From positions 21,985 to 85,984 of the forward strand of contig JAGPDF010000011.1 in assembly GCA_018057705.1 (NCBI GenBank): DNA of 64,000 nt. Direction: 5' to 3'. Numbering within the stretch: position 1 is the first letter of the stretch; every line of letters begins with the position of its first letter. A model generated the notes under the pieces. The model saw only the letters and a list, made by a program, of their open reading frames with translations. It had not been told where the DNA came from and did not search any database. Positions 19,820 through 29,025 of this stretch are shown here, piece after piece. The translations under genes were made by a program, and so were the position numbers. The stretch comes from Thermoanaerobaculia bacterium (GTDB lineage: Bacteria; Acidobacteriota; Thermoanaerobaculia; Multivoradales; JAGPDF01).

Positions 19820-20548
19820 CTAACGCAGGCCGCGAGGGAGAAGTTGCCAGGGATCGGACACCGCGAGCGTCCGGCGCGAGAGGTACGGCTCGCCGAACTC
19901 GGCGCCGACCTGGTCGCCGTAGTGCCGCGCCCGGCCTTCGATCGCGAGGCGTGTCTCGCGCGACGAGATCTTGGTCACCGGTCCGTCCGCCGGGTTGCTT
20001 CCGCCCTGGCGCGGATGGAGCTGCGTGCCGTAGGCGTCGAGCGCCCGCATCTTGATCTCCCAGGTGGCGGTGACGTCGACCACGAAGGAGGGCTCGAACG
20101 AATCGTTCTGCATGTAGGTGAAATGAGCCGCCGGCCGGTGGGGGATGCCGGTCCCGCGGCGCGCCAGGCCGGCATAGAAGCAGGCCGCCGCGACCACCGC
20201 ATGGGCACGCTCGTGGTCGGGATGTCGGTCGAGGGTCGCCGGCCCGAGGACGAGCTCGGGACGCAACCGGCGCAGGATCTCGATCACCTGGTCCTCTTCC
20301 GCCGGTCCGGTGCGCAGGGCGCCGTCGCCCAGGGCGAGGAACTCGAGCTCCTGGGCACCGAGGATCTCCGCCGCCTGCGCCGCTTCTCGCTGCCGCTCGG
20401 CGGTCGTGCCGCGCGTTCCCGCCTCGCCCGAGGTCAGGTGCAGGATCCCGACCCGGCGGCCAGCTCGTGCCATCTGCGCGAGCGTTCCACCACAGCAGAT
20501 CTCGACATCATCGGGGTGGGCTCCGATCGCCAGCACGTCGACGCTCAT
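19820..20548 (-). CDS. bshB1: Bacillithiol biosynthesis deacetylase (PIG-L/LmbE family)
   Basis: ATG at 20548 lies after GGAAGGAG. 'VLAIGAHPDDVEICCGGTLA' and 'HPDHERAH' are present. ATGA overlap with the upstream gene. Confidence 0.8.
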   Translation of the reverse strand: MSVDVLAIGAHPDDVEICCGGTLAQMARAGRRVGILHLTSGEAGTRGTTAERQREAAQAAEILGAQELEFLALGDGALRTGPAEEDQVIEILRRLRPELVLGPATLDRHPDHERAHAVVAAACFYAGLARRGTGIPHRPAAHFTYMQNDSFEPSFVVDVTATWEIKMRALDAYGTQLHPRQGGSNPADGPVTKISSRETRLAIEGRARHYGDQVGAEFGEPYLSRRTLAVSDPWQLLPRGLR

Positions 20549-21840
20549 GCCTGCACTCCTTCCCCGCCGGCGCCCAGCACCGGCATCGGTTCTTGCGCGC
20601 GCGCCATACGAGCGAAGCTCGAACCCCGGCGCACGACCGGCACCAGCGCCGCCAACGCGAGGAGCGCCGCGCCGCCCGCAGCCACGAGGCGCCACCCCGC
20701 CGGAGCGAGCAGCGCCGCCGCCGCAATCGTGGCGCTCCAGCGCGCGATCTCACTCGCCGGCAGCCAGGCGCGGCGGTCGAAGAGGCCGCCGACGTTGGTG
20801 AGCCCCCAGACCGCGAAGAGCGCCAGGGCGAGCTTGACGTCGTTGCCCAGGCGCCCGCCGCCGAAGAGCAGCGCGATCACGGCCCCCATCGCGAGCAGAA
20901 ACTGCGAGACCGCCGCGGCGGAGAGGCCGGCGGGGGGACGCGAGTCGTACTTGCGGCCTTCGAGCGGCGTGTACGGCGGCTTGTCGAACGGCACGTCCGC
21001 CGGCCGCCAGCCTGGGCCTTTGAGGAAGATGAGGAGCTTGTCGCGCCAGCGGCGCGTGCGGCGCGCCACGGCGACCAGCTCGCCGAAATATTGCACGTTC
21101 GCCCACAGCGGATTCCAGTTGGCGAGCGGGCGGGTGACGCCGTAGGCCGGCTCCTCCTCCTCGCGCTGGAAAGTTCCGAAGAGCCGGTCCCAGACGATCA
21201 GCACGCCGCCGTGATTGCGGTCGATGTACTTGGCGTTCGAGCCGTGGTGGACGCGATGGTTCGAGGGTGTGTTGAGGACCGCGTCGAGGAAACCCAGCCG
21301 CCCGATCGTCCGGGTGTGGATCCAGAACTGGTAGAGGGTGTCGAACGCGTCGAGTGCCAGGAACATCATCGGCGGCACACCGAGAAGAGCGAGCGGCCAG
21401 TAGAAAGGAGCCCCCAGGAACTGCTGCACGGCGCTCTGGCGCAGAGCCACCGAGAGGTTGTACTCCTCGCTCTGGTGGTGGACGATATGCGCCGCCCAGA
21501 GAAAGTTCACCTCGTGGCTGGCGCGGTGGAACCAGTAGTAGAAGAAGTCGATGCCGAGAAAGGCGACGGCCCAGTGCATCCAATTGCCCGGGTCGAGCGT
21601 CGCGAGCCGGAAGCTCTCGAAGATCAGGATGTAGCCGGCGAAGATCACGGTCTTGCCGAAGACGCCCACGAGCTGCTGGATCGTGCCGCAGGCGAGATCG
21701 TTGATGGTGTCGTTCAGCCGGTAGAGCGTGCGGCCGGAATCCAGCCGGCGTTCGCGACGCTCGACCCAGAGCTCCACGCCGATCAGCAGGAAGAAGACCG
21801 GGATGGCGAGCGCGATGGCGTTGAATCCCTGCTGGCTCAT
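20545..21840 (-). CDS. Fatty-acid hydroxylase/sterol desaturase-family di-iron membrane enzyme with extra C-terminal TM domain
   Basis: ATG at 21840. The His boxes are 'HRASHE', 'HIVHHQSEE' and 'HRVHHGSN'. About 140 aa of additional hydrophobic C-terminus follow. Confidence 0.75.
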   Translation of the reverse strand: MSQQGFNAIALAIPVFFLLIGVELWVERRERRLDSGRTLYRLNDTINDLACGTIQQLVGVFGKTVIFAGYILIFESFRLATLDPGNWMHWAVAFLGIDFFYYWFHRASHEVNFLWAAHIVHHQSEEYNLSVALRQSAVQQFLGAPFYWPLALLGVPPMMFLALDAFDTLYQFWIHTRTIGRLGFLDAVLNTPSNHRVHHGSNAKYIDRNHGGVLIVWDRLFGTFQREEEEPAYGVTRPLANWNPLWANVQYFGELVAVARRTRRWRDKLLIFLKGPGWRPADVPFDKPPYTPLEGRKYDSRPPAGLSAAAVSQFLLAMGAVIALLFGGGRLGNDVKLALALFAVWGLTNVGGLFDRRAWLPASEIARWSATIAAAALLAPAGWRLVAAGGAALLALAALVPVVRRGSSFARMARAQEPMPVLGAGGEGVQA

Positions 21841-21847
21841 GGTCGAC

Positions 21848-23530
21848 TCATGGCAGGGTTGCGATGTTAGCCCGATCCTGTCCGGGAGAGGCGGTCCCCG
21901 CCGAGCGATCGGCATTGGGATCGACGAGCACCAGCCGCCGCGGATCGAGCACGAGCTGGTCGAGAAGCGCCTGGCCGAAGATGGCACCGTAGCGGCCGGC
22001 GAACCAGGCGGTCGAGAGAACCCGCTCCTGCAGCCCGCCCCCGGGGCGGGTCGCCTGGCGCAGACTCTCGAAGCGCTGCTGGGCGACACCGCCGCGGCGC
22101 GCCGCCGCCGCCTCGGCCTTGGCAGCGAAGGCGTCGAGTGCGGAGAGAGCCGTCTCGCGAGTCTTCGTCCACGGCTTCTCGAGCGTCGGATCGAGCGCCA
22201 CCGCCGGCGCTCGGAGGCTGTCGAGAAGCCGCTCCGCGTCCTGTCGCGCGGCGGCGACGAATCCACCTCCGGCAAGCGCGGCGAGCCGATGGGCGATCGC
22301 CTCCGGCACGAACAGGAGCTCCTCGAGCGTCGCGCCGAGCTCCGCCAGGTGGTCGCGCTGACGGGCGTCGAAGACCAGGACCTGCGGACGCAACGCGGTC
22401 CAGGGCGCCTCAACCCCGAGAACGGGATAGACCGCCGCCGCTTGAGCCAGGTAGGCGGTTTCGCCGGGCCCCATGATCTGCAACGTCGTTCCGAGGACAG
22501 CGTCCTGGATGGCCGGGCGAGCCAGAACTCCGGGGGAGACCAGGCTCGAATCGCTCTCGAGCAGCGCCAGGAGGTCGCCGACCGGCTCCGCCGGTTCTCT
22601 TCCCGGCGCGCCGCGCAGACGGAAACCGGTATCGCCACTCCATTCGATGCGCCGGCGGGCGCCGTCGCGCAGCAGGAAGAGCGGGCTCGCGCCGCGCTGC
22701 GGCGCCACCTGGAGGTCGAAGCCCCGGGCGACGATGCGCTCTTCTGCGGTCCGATAGGCCGTCTCCACTTCGGCACGGGCTTCGATCAACCGGGCGAGGT
22801 GCGGCCGCTCGGCGACCTTCAGCTCCGGCAGCATCGAATCGAGCATCAGCGGCGACCTCGCGCCCAGGAGGTCCACCGTCTGCTGCGCGAAAGCGTCGCC
22901 GAAGCGCGCGCCCGGGGCCCACCATCCGGCCAACCGCCGACGCCACTCCGCGAAGCGTTCGTTCGGGAAGCCCACGCCCATGGCCGCGAAGAGGCTCTCG
23001 ATCTCCGGCCCGATCCGACGGCAACCCACCGGGGCGAGCGGCGAGGGATCCTCGGCGAGCGCCAGCTTCTCGAGGCCCGCCAGGCCGAGGAAGGTGGCGG
23101 AGGCGACCTCCGCCCAGTCGTGGTCCTCGGTCGCCATCCAGAAGATCGCGACCGCCGGGCGCCCAGCGGCCTCGAGGGCCTCCGCATGGCGCACCGCTAC
23201 CGCGGCCTTGACCAGCGCGAGGAGCGCGCCACCGAAGAGACCGGTCTGCTGGCCGCCCACGACCACCGCGGTCGCCGGATCGGCGAGCTTCGCCGCGAGC
23301 TCGGCGGCGCGTGGGTGGCCGTAGGCGCCGTTGGCGCGTGCTAGACCGGCGGCAATCCCCCGGCGGTCGACCGGCGGCGGCGGCATCTCGGGCAGCGTCC
23401 CGGGGACGAGCAACCGCAGCGGGGCGAGAAGATCCGTCTCCTTGCCGGCCAGCCAGGCGGCCGGCATCCCCTTCACCAGTCCGTGGGCGACGAGATCGAT
23501 CGGTTCAGGGGGAGCGGCCATCCGCCGCAT
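21848..23530 (-). CDS. bshC: Bacillithiol biosynthesis cysteine-adding enzyme
   Basis: 560 aa. 'AVVVGGQQTGLFGGALLALVKA' matches the BshC 'TGQQxGLFGGPLY' signature, and 'FWMATEDHDW' is present. Confidence 0.75.
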   Translation of the reverse strand: MRRMAAPPEPIDLVAHGLVKGMPAAWLAGKETDLLAPLRLLVPGTLPEMPPPPVDRRGIAAGLARANGAYGHPRAAELAAKLADPATAVVVGGQQTGLFGGALLALVKAAVAVRHAEALEAAGRPAVAIFWMATEDHDWAEVASATFLGLAGLEKLALAEDPSPLAPVGCRRIGPEIESLFAAMGVGFPNERFAEWRRRLAGWWAPGARFGDAFAQQTVDLLGARSPLMLDSMLPELKVAERPHLARLIEARAEVETAYRTAEERIVARGFDLQVAPQRGASPLFLLRDGARRRIEWSGDTGFRLRGAPGREPAEPVGDLLALLESDSSLVSPGVLARPAIQDAVLGTTLQIMGPGETAYLAQAAAVYPVLGVEAPWTALRPQVLVFDARQRDHLAELGATLEELLFVPEAIAHRLAALAGGGFVAAARQDAERLLDSLRAPAVALDPTLEKPWTKTRETALSALDAFAAKAEAAAARRGGVAQQRFESLRQATRPGGGLQERVLSTAWFAGRYGAIFGQALLDQLVLDPRRLVLVDPNADRSAGTASPGQDRANIATLP

Positions 23531-23779
23531 CCTAGCGGACGCAGGCGGGGCCTGGGGCGGGCGCAGGACGGTAGCCGGCCGGGGCTCGACGAAATTCCCT
23601 GCGCGCAGTGGCGGGGGGCCCCATCCTCAAGAGAAGAAATCCAGATGAGACCTGGGGTCCCGACCGAGCACAGGGGATTTCGTCGAGTCCCGGTCGGCGG
23701 CGAACTTGCGGAGAAATTTCTTCGAGCCCCGGCCGGCTTGTCCCTGTCGAAGCCGGGTCCGAAGACCTGTCGCGGTAGA

Positions 23780-24778
23780 ATGAGCGATTCGATGTTGCGC
23801 ATTGGAAACGTCCCGCTCGATTCGCCCCTGGTCCTCGCGCCGATGGCAGGGGTGACCGACCGCGACTTCCGGCTGATCGTGCGGCGGATCGGCGGCGTCG
23901 GTCTGGTGACCATGGAGTTCATCGCCTCGCGGGCGCTGGTGCGCGGTGTCGCGCGGACGCTCGACCTGATGCACTTCCTCCCCGAGGAGCGCCCGATCTC
24001 GATCCAGATCTACGGCTCCGACCCCGACACGATGGCGGAGGCGGCGCGGCGGGTCGAGGCGATGGGCGCCGACATCTGCGACATCAACATGGGCTGCCCG
24101 GCGAACAAGATCCTCAAGGGCTGCTCGGGTTGCGCGCTGATGGGCGACCTCGAGCTCGCGGAGGCGATCGTAAAGACGGCGCGCAAGGCGATCTCGATTC
24201 CGCTCACCGTCAAGTTCCGCCTCGGTCTCGACCACGAGCGCAAAAACTTCCTCGAGCTCGGCCGGATCTGCGAAGCGAACGGCGCCGACGGCGTAGCGCT
24301 CCACGCCCGCACCGCGCGCCAGATGTTCTCCGGCGACGCGACCGTGCAGTGGGACGAGATCGCCCGCCTCAAGGAGGCGGTCGGCATTCCGGTGTTCGGC
24401 AACGGCGACATCAAGGAGCCCGGGGACGTGCTGCGGATGATTGCAGCCACCGGCTGCGACGGCGTCATGATCGGGCGCGCCGCCACCAAGAACCCCTGGA
24501 TCTTTCAGCAGGCGGCCGAGCTCCTTGCGGGTCGCGAGCCGCAGGAGGCCTCGCTCCTCGCCCGCCGCGACCTGATCCTCGAGCATTTCCGGCTGGTCGC
24601 CTTGCGCGAGCCTTCGAAGTACGCCATGCACAAGCTCAGGAAGTTCACCGGCTGGTATACCCACGGCGTGCCGCACGGCCGCGAGCTCCGGCAGCGCATC
24701 AACGAGCTCCAGGACGTGCCGTCGTTCCTCGCCGCAGTCGAGGAGTTCTTCGACGAGATGACGGCGGCGGCGGCTTGA
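23780..24778 (+). CDS. tRNA-dihydrouridine synthase (DusB-like)
   Basis: 'LAPMAGVTDRDFR', 'INMGCPANKI' and 'HARTARQMFSG'. I chose the ATG at 23780. 23792 is an alternative. The upstream part of the track ORF is non-coding-like. Confidence 0.85.
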   Translation: MSDSMLRIGNVPLDSPLVLAPMAGVTDRDFRLIVRRIGGVGLVTMEFIASRALVRGVARTLDLMHFLPEERPISIQIYGSDPDTMAEAARRVEAMGADICDINMGCPANKILKGCSGCALMGDLELAEAIVKTARKAISIPLTVKFRLGLDHERKNFLELGRICEANGADGVALHARTARQMFSGDATVQWDEIARLKEAVGIPVFGNGDIKEPGDVLRMIAATGCDGVMIGRAATKNPWIFQQAAELLAGREPQEASLLARRDLILEHFRLVALREPSKYAMHKLRKFTGWYTHGVPHGRELRQRINELQDVPSFLAAVEEFFDEMTAAAA

Positions 24779-25209
24779 ACCGCCACGAGGTCCGCGTTCC
24801 CCTGACCCTCGCCGACCTGCCGGAGGCGCTCGCCGGGGCCGCTCTCGCCTGGGGGGCCGAGTGGACCGCCGACGCTGCGGGCGGCGGGCGGCTCGTCCTG
24901 CCGGTGGTCTTCGGGTTGCGCCGCGGCGTGCTCGTCGGCCGGGTCGACTTCGAGCCCTCGGGCGACGGTGCGCGCGTCGTCTGGCAGCTCGAGGAGAGCC
25001 ATCTCGAGCTGCAGCGCGCCTCGGTCGCGGTGCTCGCCATGGCGGTATTGGCGCTCGTGCCGGCGCTCGCCTGGCCGTTCAACCCGAAGCTCCTCTCCCT
25101 GCTGCCGTTCGCCGTGGTGATGGGCCTCCTCGCCTGGTGGCTGGTGCTCTCGCGCCTCGAGAACAGCGGCCCGGAGGAGTTCTTCGCCACGCTCCTCCCC
25201 AAGCCCTAG
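24775..25209 (+). CDS. Hypothetical protein with two C-terminal TM helices
   Basis: TTG at 24775 overlaps the dusB TGA (TTGA). Codon usage is coding-like. 'VAVLAMAVLALVPALAW..LLPFAVVMGLLAWWLVL'. Confidence 0.4.
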   Translation: MNRHEVRVPLTLADLPEALAGAALAWGAEWTADAAGGGRLVLPVVFGLRRGVLVGRVDFEPSGDGARVVWQLEESHLELQRASVAVLAMAVLALVPALAWPFNPKLLSLLPFAVVMGLLAWWLVLSRLENSGPEEFFATLLPKP

Positions 25210-25350
25210 CCCGCCGCACCCCCTCTCCGCCCCGACGCAGAGGGGGGTCGATCGCGAGCCTACGGAGCGACCGCGCTCCTGTCGCCGGTACCGCCGCCCG
25301 GGAGGCCACCGCAGATGATCGGTTACATCGGGGCGACGTCGGGTTGTGCT

Positions 25351-25731
25351 CTAGGGCTCGACCTCGAATCCGAGGCGAGTTGCGACCTCGCGCTGCCTGG
25401 CGTCGAGGGAGAGGAAGGTGATCTCGGCCTTGGGACTGAGCAGCAGCGCGCAGGCAAGATGCCAGGCGTCCGCGCCGCGCACCTGCCCGTAGGCGAAGAC
25501 CCGCCCGAGCTCCGGGCCGAGCGCGCGATCCGGCAGGATCCACCGCAGGTGGTGAAAGAGCTCTTCGCGCTCGACCACGATTCCCTCGCGCTGAACCACA
25601 GCCAGGAGCTCTGCTTCGAGGAGGTTGGACGACCAGATCGAATCGAAGCGCTCGAGCGCGAGAGCTCGCGCACCCGGCTCGGCGAGCAGGATTGCCGCGA
25701 GGCACGAGGTGTCGACGTAGGCGATGCTCAA
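25351..25731 (-). CDS. vapC: PIN-domain toxin (VapC family)
   Basis: 'IAYVDTSCLAAIL', 'SNLLEAEL' and 'RGADAWHLACAL'. ATGA overlap with the upstream antitoxin gene. Confidence 0.8.
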   Translation of the reverse strand: MSIAYVDTSCLAAILLAEPGARALALERFDSIWSSNLLEAELLAVVQREGIVVEREELFHHLRWILPDRALGPELGRVFAYGQVRGADAWHLACALLLSPKAEITFLSLDARQREVATRLGFEVEP

Positions 25732-26000
25732 TCGCGATCGTCGAGGAAGCGCTGCAGGGCTCCTGGGCGATGCGCAATCGCTTTCCAGGTTCCCTTCTTG
25801 GCGGGCGCCGGGCTCAAGACACCTTCCGCCGTGAGCCGTTCGATGCGCTCCTCGAGCGTTTCCATTCGCTTTTCGATCGGCCGGATCTCGGCTACCGGCT
25901 GGCCATGAAAGGTAATCACCACCCGCCCCCCCTGCCGCACCTTGCGCAGCAGTTCGCTGAACTTCGCCTTCGCTTCATAGGTTGAATAGACGGATTCCAT
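25728..26000 (-). CDS. Phd/YefM-family type II antitoxin
   Basis: 'YSTYEAKAKFSELLRKVRQGGRVVITFHGQPVAEIRP' is the canonical Phd/YefM N-terminal fold signature. Confidence 0.8.
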   Translation of the reverse strand: MESVYSTYEAKAKFSELLRKVRQGGRVVITFHGQPVAEIRPIEKRMETLEERIERLTAEGVLSPAPAKKGTWKAIAHRPGALQRFLDDRD

Positions 26001-26034
26001 GGCCGATACCTCGCGCCTCGGCTGTCAATCTATT

Positions 26035-26047
26035 CTGGTCAGACCAG
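26035..26047. promoter_or_regulatory. Palindromic candidate operator of the Phd/VapC operon
   Basis: CTGGTC-a-GACCAG is a perfect 6+1+6 palindrome 35 nt upstream of the antitoxin start, followed by a third ACCAG half-site. Confidence 0.35.
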
Positions 26048-26190
26048 ACCAGTCAACGCGGGACCGATCGCGGCAGGGCCATACTCTCCGAGATCGGGAG
26101 CGTTCTCGGTCGGCCTGTGGATACCGCCGGGGGAATATCCGACCGCTTCTGCTATGTTCCCTTCCCTGCAGGACGGTTCTTTCATAATTT

Positions 26191-26542
26191 GGGGGCGCAC
26201 CGGGTTCGACGGGGAACAGTGCGGTTCGAGGGTTGCGCATCGGGTTTGCACCCGTAAAACGGCAAGTTATACCTGCCAACGACAACTACGCTCTCGCGGC
26301 TTAATTGACCGTGACGTTCCAGCCATGGGCCATTGTCCACGGCACGGGCTGGGGCGACGCTAAAGTGGACTGAACGCTGAGGTTGGTTCCGCTCCTCAGC
26401 GGGATCGTCAAATCGGAACTGGCGCTTGCGTAGGAGGCCTTCTGCATTGCGCAAGGGCGATGACCCTAAGTGAAGGCTATGTGCGTAGATACTTTCGGGA
26501 CGCGTTTCTCGGACGTGGGTTCAATTCCCACCGCCTCCACCA
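26191..26542 (+). ncRNA. ssrA: tmRNA (SsrA)
   Basis: The 5' end is GGGGGCGCACCGGGTTCGACGGGG. The 3' end is GGACGTGGGTTCAATTCCCACCGCCTCCACCA. The acceptor stem has a G3:U pair. The tag reading frame GCC AAC GAC AAC TAC GCT CTC GCG GCT TAA encodes ANDNYALAA (26275..26304). Confidence 0.95.
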
Positions 26543-26561
26543 TTCTCTTCATTTGCTGAAA

Positions 26562-26589
26562 AGGACACGATTGCTATCGTGTCCTTTGT
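26562..26589 (+). terminator. Intrinsic terminator of ssrA
   Basis: AGGACACGAT-tgct-ATCGTGTCCT forms a perfect 10-bp stem followed by TTTG. Confidence 0.7.
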
Positions 26590-26629
26590 CGTATCTGCAG
26601 GTCATGCCGGATTTTCCGAGGAGCCTTTC

Positions 26630-28363
26630 GTGAAGACGACCCCCTTCGCCGCAGAGCGTCGGCAGAGCTCACTCCTTGCCGTCTGCCGCCTGCGGATCCC
26701 CTTCATCCAGTTGTTCGTCGCGGCGGCATTCGCCGGCCTGCTCGCCGGCTGCACCGGCAACCCGCCAGCCGCCACGACTTCGACGGCCGCAGCGACCGCA
26801 GCGGCGCCGGCCGCGACCGGCTTCACGATCCTCCAGATCAACGACACCTACAAGATCGAGGGGCTGCGGGCCGGCGCCGAGGGCGGCATGAGCCGGGTGC
26901 GCACCCTGCGCCGGGAGCTCGAGGGCGAAGGCCGGCCGGTGCTCGTCCTGCACGCCGGCGACTTCCTCTTCCCCTCGGTGATGAGCAAGTACCTCCAGGG
27001 CGTGCCGATGATCGAGGCGCTCAACCTGCTCGACGGCTCCGCAGCGTTCGACGAGCTTCTCTTCGTCACCCCCGGCAACCACGAGTTCGATCATCCGGAG
27101 CCGCGGGTGCTCTTCGACCGCATTGCGCAGTCGCAATTCGCCTGGATCTCGTCGAACATCGCGGTCGCCGAGAGCGCCGGCACTGCGCTCAGCCCGATGA
27201 ACAGCCTCTTCCCCAACGTGAAGGACCATGTCGTTCTCGAGCTCGGCGGCATCCGGGTGGGGATCTTCGGTCTGACGTTGAACGACCAGCGCCGCCCCTG
27301 GGTCGACTACGGCTACGAGCTCGAGGCGCGCCGGGCCACCGTCGCGCGGGTGCTCGACGACCTCGAGCGAGAAGGCGCCGAGTTCGTCGTCGGTCTCACC
27401 CACCAGGAGATCGGCGAAGACGAACGGCTGGCGAAGGAGTTCGGCGACCGCATCGACTGGATCGTCGGCGGCCATGAACACGTCGCGCAGTTTCTCCGCG
27501 TCGGCGCGACGACGATCACGAAGGCCGACGCCGACGCCAAGACCGCCTATCGCATCGACGTCCGGCGGGCCGGCGGCGCGATTCGCGGCGCGAGCGCGCT
27601 GCTCGAGCTCGACACCGCGGTGGCGGTCGATCCCGACATGGTGCGCGAGGTCGCCACCTCCCTCGCGACCCTGGCACGCACCGTCGAGGAGAAGACCGGC
27701 CGCAAGCTCCTCGACGTCGTCGCGACGACCGAACACCTCCTCGAGGGAACCGAGCCGGCGATCCGCGGCCGCGAGACGGCGCTGGGCGACCTCCTCTGCG
27801 ACGTTCTGCGCGAGCGCCTCGGTACCGACCTCGCGTTCGTCAACGGCGGCGCGATCCGCGTCAACGACGACGTACCCGCGGGCGGGAATCTCCGCGTCTA
27901 CGAGCTCGAGGGGATCTTCTACTACGACGACAAGCCGGTCATCTTCGAGCTCACCGGGCGCGAGCTTCTGGCGCTGCTCGAGAAGTCGGTCTCCCAGGCC
28001 ACCCTGGGACACGGTCGCTTCCTGCAGATCTCCGGCCTGCGCTTTCGCTATCACGTCGCCGCCGACGGCACGACGCGGGTCGACGCCGCCGACGTCGCGG
28101 TGCGCCCCAACGGCGAAGCCGGCTTCGCGCCGCTCGACCTCGAGCGCCGCTACCGCACGGCGACGCTCGACTACACCTGGCGCAACGGCTATCGCGACGG
28201 CTATCCGCTGTTCTCCGCCGGTGACGGCAAGTCGAGTCCGGCGCTCCTCGAAGAGCCGCAGATATCCTGGCGCCAGCTCACCGAAGAGGCGCTCGCCGCG
28301 CTTCCCGGGCTGCGCATCACCACCGACGTCGACGGCCGGATCGTGCGCATCGAAGAGCCCTAG
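26630..28363 (+). CDS. Bifunctional metallophosphatase/5'-nucleotidase lipoprotein
   Basis: GTG at 26630 lies 7 nt after GAGGAG; the track start at 26579 lies inside the ssrA terminator. The lipobox is 'LLAGC'. 'ILQINDTYK', 'HAGDFLFPS' and 'TPGNHEFD' are present, plus a C-terminal 5'-nucleotidase domain. Confidence 0.85.
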   Translation: MKTTPFAAERRQSSLLAVCRLRIPFIQLFVAAAFAGLLAGCTGNPPAATTSTAAATAAAPAATGFTILQINDTYKIEGLRAGAEGGMSRVRTLRRELEGEGRPVLVLHAGDFLFPSVMSKYLQGVPMIEALNLLDGSAAFDELLFVTPGNHEFDHPEPRVLFDRIAQSQFAWISSNIAVAESAGTALSPMNSLFPNVKDHVVLELGGIRVGIFGLTLNDQRRPWVDYGYELEARRATVARVLDDLEREGAEFVVGLTHQEIGEDERLAKEFGDRIDWIVGGHEHVAQFLRVGATTITKADADAKTAYRIDVRRAGGAIRGASALLELDTAVAVDPDMVREVATSLATLARTVEEKTGRKLLDVVATTEHLLEGTEPAIRGRETALGDLLCDVLRERLGTDLAFVNGGAIRVNDDVPAGGNLRVYELEGIFYYDDKPVIFELTGRELLALLEKSVSQATLGHGRFLQISGLRFRYHVAADGTTRVDAADVAVRPNGEAGFAPLDLERRYRTATLDYTWRNGYRDGYPLFSAGDGKSSPALLEEPQISWRQLTEEALAALPGLRITTDVDGRIVRIEEP

Positions 28364-28463
28364 CGCGCAGTTAAGGTGAAGCGCCGCGCCTCCCTTTCTG
28401 GATCTCAGCGTCGGTGCCGGCCGAAGCCTCGCTCTCGCGCGCCGTTCCTTTGCTGGTGACTAC

Positions 28464-28718
28464 CTAGTGCCGAGAGTCCCGCGATAGAACCGGATCATTC
28501 CCAGGAGGGACGGTGTCGGAGTCGCGAAACTGACCGTCTCTGCCCTGAATCCTGACCTCGCCTCCGCCGAGATTGCCGACAATTTCCTTGGCTCGCACTT
28601 CCGCCTTGCGCTGCGTGTCGAAGACTGCGCTGGCTCTGTCGGCGTGGGGCTTCTTTACAGCCCACCCGTCACTGTGTGTTACTACAAACCGGTTGTTCGT
28701 CCCGTTCTTCTTAGCCAT
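28464..28718 (-). CDS. DUF2188-family small protein
   Basis: 'VVTHSDGWAVKKPHADRASAVFDTQRKAEVRAKEI' matches the DUF2188 pattern (..GWxVK..g..ras..f.tk.eA...a). It lies in a low-GC block. Confidence 0.65.
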   Translation of the reverse strand: MAKKNGTNNRFVVTHSDGWAVKKPHADRASAVFDTQRKAEVRAKEIVGNLGGGEVRIQGRDGQFRDSDTVPPGNDPVLSRDSRH

Positions 28719-28746
28719 CGTTTCCTCCCTTTTCTACTGAACTGCG

Positions 28747-28941
28747 TTACTTTGCACCCAAGGCTGCTTGGGCATCAGTTAAGAGGGCATCGCAACACGC
28801 GGTGACCTCGATGCTGAGGTTGTCGAGCGAGGCCCCTTGCTCTAGTCGGATGGACGGCTTCTTCCCGTGCGTCGCGCAGGTCATGCCATCCAACTGTTGC
28901 TTGAGCTTCGCTTCGGTTTCCCGAATCAACGCCTTCTCCAA
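28747..28941 (-). CDS. Small hypothetical protein (possibly the 3' part of a frameshifted ~80-aa gene starting at 28997)
   Basis: 64-aa ORF with a TTG start. A well-placed ATG at 28997 opens 'MISVEVNGKKVALSQ..' in the frame one nucleotide away and stops after 23 codons. Confidence 0.35.
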   Translation of the reverse strand: MEKALIRETEAKLKQQLDGMTCATHGKKPSIRLEQGASLDNLSIEVTACCDALLTDAQAALGAK

Positions 28942-29025
28942 CTCGACGCCATCTGGCTGAGAGCCACCTTCTTGCCGTTGACTTCAACACTGATCATGTT
29001 GTCCGCCTTTCTGGCCTAAAAGGTC

